The notes below the pieces were generated by a model. That model searched no databases. It saw only the letters and a list, made by a program, of their open reading frames with translations, and was not told the origin of the DNA. This document shows, piece by piece, positions 57,645-64,000 of a DNA stretch of 64,000 nt. The DNA is taken from positions 1,280,001 through 1,344,000 of the forward strand of contig CAVQEQ010000004.1 in assembly GCA_963711565.1 (NCBI GenBank), given 5' to 3'. The stretch is from an uncultured delta proteobacterium (GTDB lineage: Bacteria; Desulfobacterota; Binatia; Binatales; Binataceae). Positions within the stretch are counted from its first letter, which is position 1. Every line of letters begins with the position of its first letter. Made by a program: the position numbers and the translations under genes.

Positions 57645-58415
57645 ATGTGTACGCTGGCGATTTATTTTCGCGCTACGCGCGACGGTCCGGTGGTGATTGC
57701 GGCTAATCGCGATGAGTTCCTGGAGCGGGCGGCAGCGGACCCTATTACCCTACTCGAGCGGCCGCATATCGTTGGCGGCAAGGACCTCAGGGCGGGCGGG
57801 ACCTGGCTTGGAATCAGCGAGCACGGGATCGTCGCGGGGCTGCTGAATCGGCGCGCTGAGAACGGCGGCAATCCCGATGCGCGATCGCGGGGGCTTCTGT
57901 GCCTCGATGCTTTGCGATGCCGCACGGCGCGCGAGGCGGCGGAATTTGCGGCGCGCGAGCGCGGGTCGGATTACAATCCGTTCAATTTGTTGATGGTGTC
58001 GCGGACTGAAGCCTTCGTCGCTTACAATCGCGGCGCTGCGATCGAAGTCGTCGAACTCAAGCCGGGGCTGCATCTGCTGTCCAATCTCGACGTGGATGAC
58101 TTCGAGTGTCCGAAGATTAGCGCGTCGTATGGAAAGTTTGCGGAGCTTGGGAACCGCGCGGATTTCCAACGCGACCCGATCGGACAGCGCGCCGCGCTGG
58201 GGGCGTTGCTGGCCGATCACAATACGCAGCTCGATTCGCGATCGGGACGGCCTAATGCGTTGTGTCTGCATCTCGAAAATTATGGGACGCGATCGTCGAG
58301 CTTGATCTTTATGCGCGATACTCATGAGATCGCACATTACTTTGCGCCGGGGCCGCCGTGCCGTACCGCGTATGCGTCGGCGATTGTGCCGCGTACGCAG
58401 GAACCTAACCCCTAA
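57645..58415 (+). CDS. NRDE / TANGO2 family protein
   Basis: MC start, AANRDEF, GGKDLRAGGTWLG, SRGLL, YNPFNL and YGTRSS. Confidence 0.93.
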   Translation: MCTLAIYFRATRDGPVVIAANRDEFLERAAADPITLLERPHIVGGKDLRAGGTWLGISEHGIVAGLLNRRAENGGNPDARSRGLLCLDALRCRTAREAAEFAARERGSDYNPFNLLMVSRTEAFVAYNRGAAIEVVELKPGLHLLSNLDVDDFECPKISASYGKFAELGNRADFQRDPIGQRAALGALLADHNTQLDSRSGRPNALCLHLENYGTRSSSLIFMRDTHEIAHYFAPGPPCRTAYASAIVPRTQEPNP

Positions 58416-58441
58416 CCCCTTCCCGCGCGGGAAGGGGGACC
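58402..58441 (+). repeat. REP-like palindromic element family A, copy 3
   Basis: AACCTAACCCCTAACCCCTTCCCGCGCGGGAAGGGG; contains the NRDE stop codon. Confidence 0.9.
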
Positions 58442-58454
58442 AAATGATAAGGCA

Positions 58455-58640
58455 CTAAGGACCGAAATAGGCGGCGATGCCGGTGAGGATGAAACAGGCG
58501 ATGGCGATTGAGGCGGCGGCCAGGAAGATCGAAGCGAGGAACGGAGGCTCGATCACGAAAAACAGGATAAAGCCCGCGACAATCGCAACGACGCTCGCGA
58601 TTATCGCGAAGACCATGCTCACCGTGCGCAGTTGCGCCAT
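58455..58640 (-). CDS. 61-aa two-TM membrane protein
   Basis: MAQLRTVSMVFAIIASVVAIVAGFILFF...; two hydrophobic helices; GGAG upstream. Confidence 0.55.
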   Translation of the reverse strand: MAQLRTVSMVFAIIASVVAIVAGFILFFVIEPPFLASIFLAAASIAIACFILTGIAAYFGP

Positions 58641-58742
58641 CGCGGATCTCCAAATCGTCTTGACGCCGAGGCGCAACCGAGTATACGCCGTGGGTTTATC
58701 GTGCAGGTCGCCGTTGCGTGACCGCTTGGGGGTTTTGATTTG

Positions 58743-59804
58743 ATGCGCATTAGCCGAACGCCGATTGCATCTCTGATTGTCGCGATTGCGGTCGCTGTTG
58801 CAACCGCGGCTTCGGTGCGCGCGCAACTGGGTGAGTCGGGGCTCAATTGGCAGCAACGCTTTCTCGGCATAATTCCCCTGGTCAAGCCCGATCCGAAAGA
58901 TCCGGTGCTGGTGACGGTCAACGGCGCGCCGATTACGGCGGCGGAAATCACGGACTACGCGAAGACCGAGGCGCAGATGATCAACGCGACCACAACGGAG
59001 GAATCCAAGGCGGTCTTTCGCGATGCGAGTGAAAATCTAATCAACCGCCAGCTCCTGCTCCAGGAGGCGGCCAAACGCAAGATTGCGATTCCTGACGGCG
59101 AAGTGGCGCAGCGCGCGCGCGAGTTCCAGATTGCCGGTGCGGAGGGCCAAGCGGCTCCCCAGACCGGTGCGCCGGACGCGCAGTTGATGAACGCGGTGCG
59201 CGGCTCGATGGAAATCGAGAAGATGCTCGACGACGAATTCCGGGCGCATCACGTGCAGCCGACTGACGCGCAGATTCAGCAATACTACGACGAGCATCGC
59301 GATCTGTTCGTGAAGGATCCCGGCGAAGTGGAAATCGCGCATATCGCGGTGAAGCTGCCGCCGAACGCGACCGACGCGCAGAAGAAAGCGGCCGCCGAAA
59401 AGATAATCAAGATCTACGACGAGGCGAAGAAGACCAAGGACTTCGCCGCGCTCGCCAAACGGACCTCCGAGGACACCGAATCGGCGGCCAAGGGCGGCGA
59501 CCTCGGCTACTTTCGGCCCGGGCAGTTGCCGCCGGTGGTGGACAAGACGGTATTCGCGACGCCGGTCGGGCAGCTGACGCAAATCGTCGAGTCGAATCTC
59601 GGCTTTAGCTTTATCAAGGTGGTCGCGCGGCGCGGGGAAACGATCTCGCCGTTGCCGGAAGTGAAGGCGAAGATCGCGATGTTCATCCTGGATGAAAATG
59701 AAGACGTGGTGGTGAAGGGGCTGCTCAAGAAGCTCGCGAAGGGGGCGAAGATCGAGTTCAAGACTCCGCCGGGACAGAGCGCGTCGGCTAATACACCTGA
59801 TTGA
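58743..59804 (+). CDS. PpiC-type peptidyl-prolyl isomerase (SurA/PrsA-like)
   Basis: Signal peptide, TVNGAPIT, AHIAVK and DFAALAKRTSED...KGGDLGYF. Confidence 0.92.
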   Translation: MRISRTPIASLIVAIAVAVATAASVRAQLGESGLNWQQRFLGIIPLVKPDPKDPVLVTVNGAPITAAEITDYAKTEAQMINATTTEESKAVFRDASENLINRQLLLQEAAKRKIAIPDGEVAQRAREFQIAGAEGQAAPQTGAPDAQLMNAVRGSMEIEKMLDDEFRAHHVQPTDAQIQQYYDEHRDLFVKDPGEVEIAHIAVKLPPNATDAQKKAAAEKIIKIYDEAKKTKDFAALAKRTSEDTESAAKGGDLGYFRPGQLPPVVDKTVFATPVGQLTQIVESNLGFSFIKVVARRGETISPLPEVKAKIAMFILDENEDVVVKGLLKKLAKGAKIEFKTPPGQSASANTPD

Positions 59805-59868
59805 ATGTGAAACCCTTCCATGGGTTTCACTCTTCCTTCGGCAGGGCTGAGCCCTGCACCCAGTGTTA
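59804..59868 (+). repeat. two-hairpin repeat family B, copy 3
   Basis: GTGAAACCC-TTCCAT-GGGTTTCAC...GCAGGGC-TGA-GCCCTGC-ACCC; fills the whole gap between two convergent genes. Confidence 0.88.
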
Positions 59869-60597
59869 AGAAAGTAAGCGGCCGCCTTCGAGGGTCAGTA
59901 TCGAGCCCGTGGCGAAGTCGGTCTCGCAGAAGAAGATTACCGCGCGGGTTACGTCTTCGAGGGTGCCCAATTTTTTCGTCAGGGTGCGAGCTACCAAGCG
60001 ATCCACTTCGTCCTTGGTGTATTTCTCTGGCGGCATCACCATGCCGAGCGCTATGCAGTTTACCTGGACCTCAGGGGCTAGTTCTTTGGCGAGAGCTTTT
60101 GTCAGACCTATCATGCCGCTCTTGGAGACCGAGTATGGCAGGTAGTCCTTGTAGGGACGGATGCCCGCCCAATCGCCGAGGTTGATGATTTTTCCGGCGC
60201 CTTGCCGACGCATCGCGGCGCCCGCGAACTTCGAGAGGAAGAACGGCGCTTTCAGGTTCGTGTCGAGGTTCGCGTCCCAGTCGCGCTCGGTAAGTGTTTC
60301 GAGAGAAGTGCGAGCGAAGACCGAGGCGGAGTTGACGAGAATGTCGATGCGGCCGAAGGCGTCGAGGACTTCGGCGACCATCCTTTCGATTTCGGCGACG
60401 CGCTCGAGGTTGGCGCGGAATGCCTGGGCCTTGCCGCCGTTAGCGGCGACCTTGGTGACGACTGCTTCGGCCTCGGCCCGAGAGTTCCGATAGTGAACTG
60501 CGATTGACGCGCTGCGAGCGGCGAGTTCGAGCGCGATCGCGCGGCCGATGCGGCGGCCGGCGCCGGTGACGAGCGCTACTTTGTTTTTGAGGTCCAT
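59866..60597 (-). CDS. SDR oxidoreductase (pteridine reductase / FolM-like)
   Basis: TGAGRRIG, VHYRNS, NSASVF and YSVSK (YxxxK). Confidence 0.9.
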   Translation of the reverse strand: MDLKNKVALVTGAGRRIGRAIALELAARSASIAVHYRNSRAEAEAVVTKVAANGGKAQAFRANLERVAEIERMVAEVLDAFGRIDILVNSASVFARTSLETLTERDWDANLDTNLKAPFFLSKFAGAAMRRQGAGKIINLGDWAGIRPYKDYLPYSVSKSGMIGLTKALAKELAPEVQVNCIALGMVMPPEKYTKDEVDRLVARTLTKKLGTLEDVTRAVIFFCETDFATGSILTLEGGRLLS

Positions 60598-60622
60598 GAT
60601 TGGGGCATCTGCGCGCGCCTCG

Positions 60623-60668
60623 GAACCTAACCCCTAACCCCTTCCCGCGCGGGAAGGGGAACCGGATT
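60623..60668 (+). repeat. REP-like palindromic element family A, copy 4
   Basis: GAACCTAACCCCTAACCCCTTCCCGCGCGGGAAGGGGAACCGGATT; near-exact reverse complement of copy 1. Confidence 0.9.
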
Positions 60669-61943
60669 TTAGGAAAGCGAGGCGTGGATTGCTTTGACCA
60701 GGGCCAGGTTGTCGGAATGGCCGGTCTTCGCCGCGGTTACGTGCGCGTGCAGCGGGCGGCCTAGCAGGTAGAGGTCGCCGATCAGGTCGAGGACCTTGTG
60801 GCGCGCGAATTCGTCGGGGAACCGGAGCGTCGTGTTCACGACCTTGTCGTCGTCGACCAAAATCGCATTGTCGATGCGGGCGCCGCTGCCGAGGCCCAAC
60901 TGCGCCAGCTTGCGAAACTCCCAGACGAAGCCAAACGTGCGCGCCGGTGCAATTTCGCGCGTATAGGCTTCGGGCGAAGTCAGTTCGAAGTGCAACTGCT
61001 GAATTCCGATCGGTTTCGGGTAGTCGAGCGTGTAGTCGATGATCAGGTGGTCGGCAGGCTCGACCTTGATAAACTCGAGGCCCGCGCCTTCCTCGCCGAC
61101 GATGATCTTGCGCTTGATTCGGATCGGCTCGACCGTCGCGTCCTGCTCGGTGAGTCCCGCCTCGCCAAGCTGCTTGCAGAACTCGAGCGCAGAGCCGTCG
61201 AGTGCGGGGACTTCGTCGTCAGTCTTGATGAGGAGGTTGGTGATTCCAAACGCGTGGAGCGCAGACAGCAGGTGCTCCACCGTGCGGACCGATCGGCCGC
61301 CGCTGGCGAGAGTGGTGTTGTAGCCGGTGTCGGTGACGTTGTCGAAGCGGACGGGGATGGCGGTTTCGTCGGCGAGCGAGGTGAATACGATTCCGAATCC
61401 CGCCGGTGCGGGATGAAGTATGACCCCCGTCTTGAGTCCGGTGTGCAGCCCTTGCCCGCCCATCACGATCGAGCGCGCGACAGTTCTCTGAGGCGTCGCG
61501 CCGGCGCGGATCGCCTTGCGGCCCGCGGCGCGGCCCTCGGCGCTTATGCCGCGCGGGTTGGATGGATCGGGGCCGGCGGAATCACCCTCGAGCGCACGCG
61601 CGATCGACGCGAGCAATCCGCTGACTGAGAACGGCTTCTGGATAAAATCGGCGGCGCCGAGCTTGGTCGCGGCGACCGCGCTCTGGATGTTGGCATGACC
61701 GGAGATCATGATCACCGGCACGCGCGGCTGCTCGGATTTGATCCGGCGCAAAAGCTCGATGCCGTCCATTTCAGGCATCCAGACGTCGAGCAACACGATG
61801 GCCGGGCTCTCGCTCGCGATGATGTCCATCACGCCGGGCGCGTTGCCGGTATCGACGACCCGAAAGCCTTCGTCACCTAAAATTCCACGCAACGACGACC
61901 GAATCCGCTCCTCGTCATCCACCACCAACACGGTCTCATTCAC
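60669..61943 (-). CDS. lpxC: response-regulator receiver domain fused to UDP-3-O-acyl-GlcNAc deacetylase LpxC
   Basis: REC: VVDDE, LLDVWMP, ISGH, QKPF. LpxC: QRT...GQGLHTG, TVEHLLSAL, EVPALDGSA, IAPARTFGF, HKVLDLIGDL, GH. Single frame from GTG 61943. Confidence 0.93.
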   Translation of the reverse strand: MNETVLVVDDEERIRSSLRGILGDEGFRVVDTGNAPGVMDIIASESPAIVLLDVWMPEMDGIELLRRIKSEQPRVPVIMISGHANIQSAVAATKLGAADFIQKPFSVSGLLASIARALEGDSAGPDPSNPRGISAEGRAAGRKAIRAGATPQRTVARSIVMGGQGLHTGLKTGVILHPAPAGFGIVFTSLADETAIPVRFDNVTDTGYNTTLASGGRSVRTVEHLLSALHAFGITNLLIKTDDEVPALDGSALEFCKQLGEAGLTEQDATVEPIRIKRKIIVGEEGAGLEFIKVEPADHLIIDYTLDYPKPIGIQQLHFELTSPEAYTREIAPARTFGFVWEFRKLAQLGLGSGARIDNAILVDDDKVVNTTLRFPDEFARHKVLDLIGDLYLLGRPLHAHVTAAKTGHSDNLALVKAIHASLS

Positions 61944-61995
61944 GTCAGATTCTCTCCGGGAAGCGCGCTTCGTCGAGGCGCGGTTGAGGGTCGCA

Positions 61996-64000
61996 TCAGC
62001 CGGTTGCCTTTGCGAATTGCTGCATTTTAACAGGAAATTCGAGCACAAATCTACTTCCGCGAGGGCGGTTGTCGGTCACGCGGACGAAGCCGTGATGGTC
62101 GGTGACGACGGCGGACACGATCGCGAGGCCGAGTCCGGTGCCGCCCTTTTTGCCCGAATAGTACGGCTCGAAAATGCGGGTGCGCAGGCGCGGATCGATG
62201 CCGGGGCCGTTGTCCGCCACTTCGAGGGTGACGAGCGAATTGTCGGAAAGCCGGTGACTGCGCACTTCGATCCGCGGGCCGGCGCCGTTGTGACTGATCG
62301 CGGTCACGGCGGCGACGGCATTGTCGAGCAGGTTGACCAGCGCGCGCTTCATCGCGTCGCGATCGATCGGGATGAGCGGAATCGCGGGGTCGAGCGCGAG
62401 CGTAAACTCGACGTTGGGATTCGCCTCGCGGAAATTCGCGACGGTCTCGCTCGCGAGCGCGTTGATGTCGCCGGGGACCGGATTCAGATGCGGCATCCGC
62501 GCGAACGCCGAGAATTCATTGACGAGCCGCTTCAGATCCTCGACTTCGCCGATGATCGTCTTGGTGCATTCCTCGACCAGCGTCGATTCGATACCGGGGC
62601 GCGCGCCGAGCTGGCGCCGCAGCCGCTCTGCGGAAAGCTGGATCGGCGTCAGCGGATTTTTGATCTCGTGCGCGATTCGGCGCGCGACCTCGCGCCACGC
62701 CTCCATCCGCTCCACCTTCGCAATCTGGCTGACGTCCTCGAAGAACAACACCGTGCCGGCCGGCTCGTTGGGAGCGTCACCAAGCGGACTCGCGGTCATC
62801 ATCAGCTCGGTCTCGCTGCCCGCAATTTCCAGCTTGATCGTCGAGCGCGCCTCGCGCGGACGGGTGGCGAAAGCGAATACGTCGTCGAGCACGCGCGCGA
62901 GCGCGGGCGGAAAGGCGCCCTGGTAGTTGCGGCCGATGACGGCATCGGCGCTGAGATCAAGCAACCGCTCGGCGCATGGATTGATCGTGGTGACGACGCC
63001 GTCGTGGTCCAGCCCGACGACGCCGGCCGACACGTTGCGCAGCAGCGTCTCCGTGTATTGGCGGCGGCGCTCGAGCTCAGCGGCGGACGCGCGCAGGTCG
63101 GCGGTCATTTGGTTGAAGGAATCGACCAGCTGGCCGATCTCGTCGTCGCCCACCGCCGGGATACGGAAATTGAGATCGCCGCCGGCGATAGCCTGGGTGC
63201 CGCGCGCGAGCAGCTTGATCGGGCCGGTGATTCCGCGCGAGAGAAATATTCCGAACCAGCTCGCCAGCGTTACGACCACCAGCCCGATCAGCACCAGCGT
63301 CAGCAGGTAGCTGTTCATGATGGGCTGGCGAAGAATTCGGAGCTGGAAGTAGTCCTCGGATCCGCGCGAGATGTTGGTCGCGCGCGTCGCGAGGCTTTGC
63401 GGCAAATAGTAGTCGACCAGCACCGCGCCGAGCACGTTGTCGGTTTCGCTCGAGACGTAAATCGGCGCGGAGCCGCGCACCACGTCGGCGTTGCCGAGGC
63501 GGTCGGTGCGCGTGAGCGCCTGGCCTTTCAGCGTTTGCGAGATGATCGGCGAATCGGGCGACGCGCCGATGCCGGTGGGCGTCTTCGGACTGATGTCGAT
63601 GAGCAACAGTTTGCGATCGGCGGAGAACACCTCGATGGTGCCGAGGTTGTATTCCTGCTGGCGCTTGGCGATGAAGGTCTTCAGAGCGTCGCGCTTTTGC
63701 GGCGCGAGCAGGCCTTCCGCCGAGATCTGCTCGGCAAGCACGCGAGCGAAATGCGACGCGTTGTTGGCCGAGTTCAGGTAGTAGGTCTTCGCAATTTCGA
63801 GCGAGTCGTTGAGAATCTGCTCGTACTCGGGATTGAACCAGCTATTGATATTAGCGTGCAGGAAGACGCCCGACACGTAAAGCAGAAACGCGCTCGGAAT
63901 CAGCGCCACGGCGATGAATCCGGTCACCAGCCGGACCTGAAATTTCGATCCGATGAGGCCCCGGCGGCGCTCGAAGATGACCTTGGCGAGATTGCGTCCG
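61996..64000 (-). CDS. NtrY-like sensor histidine kinase (HAMP-PAS-HisKA-HATPase), 5' end outside the window
   Basis: DEIGQLVDSFNQM (HAMP), AWREVARRIAHEIKNPLTPIQLSAERL, NLLDNA, DNGPGI and GTGLGLAIV; frame stays open to 64000. Confidence 0.93.
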   Translation of the reverse strand, partial: GRNLAKVIFERRRGLIGSKFQVRLVTGFIAVALIPSAFLLYVSGVFLHANINSWFNPEYEQILNDSLEIAKTYYLNSANNASHFARVLAEQISAEGLLAPQKRDALKTFIAKRQQEYNLGTIEVFSADRKLLLIDISPKTPTGIGASPDSPIISQTLKGQALTRTDRLGNADVVRGSAPIYVSSETDNVLGAVLVDYYLPQSLATRATNISRGSEDYFQLRILRQPIMNSYLLTLVLIGLVVVTLASWFGIFLSRGITGPIKLLARGTQAIAGGDLNFRIPAVGDDEIGQLVDSFNQMTADLRASAAELERRRQYTETLLRNVSAGVVGLDHDGVVTTINPCAERLLDLSADAVIGRNYQGAFPPALARVLDDVFAFATRPREARSTIKLEIAGSETELMMTASPLGDAPNEPAGTVLFFEDVSQIAKVERMEAWREVARRIAHEIKNPLTPIQLSAERLRRQLGARPGIESTLVEECTKTIIGEVEDLKRLVNEFSAFARMPHLNPVPGDINALASETVANFREANPNVEFTLALDPAIPLIPIDRDAMKRALVNLLDNAVAAVTAISHNGAGPRIEVRSHRLSDNSLVTLEVADNGPGIDPRLRTRIFEPYYSGKKGGTGLGLAIVSAVVTDHHGFVRVTDNRPRGSRFVLEFPVKMQQFAKATG

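Noticed and set aside
55444-60668. Clustered palindromic repeats as a possible CRISPR array
   Set aside because: Copies are hundreds to thousands of bases apart and separated by genes; no regular spacers and no cas genes.

Overview
GC-rich bacterial chromosomal segment. The gene content and style resemble soil Desulfobacterota/Binatota-type genomes, but that is inference only. Most of the window is housekeeping: icd; a long mdh-sdhCAB-sucCD-ndk-rlmN-mtnP-pfkB-GT2-ugd-epimerase-lepA-lepB run; and a pyrR-pyrB-pyrC-carA-carB-recG operon preceded by a PyrR-type attenuator. Accessory content comprises three type II toxin-antitoxin modules, a complete IS1595-family element (43440-46347; 23-bp TIRs, 8-bp TSD CGGCTAGT) carrying passenger ORFs, and two families of short palindromic repeats. 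Two fusion proteins stand out: (1) a response-regulator receiver domain fused to an intact LpxC directly downstream of an NtrY-type histidine kinase, suggesting phosphorylation-controlled lipid A synthesis; (2) an aspartate carbamoyltransferase fused to a PyrI-type Zn domain, an Ada-like domain and a second, degenerate PyrR domain. Four genes carry single frameshifts, and several conserved residues show C>T/G>A changes at TCGAC sites, pointing to long-read consensus errors possibly caused by DNA methylation. No rRNA, tRNA or CRISPR array was recognised.
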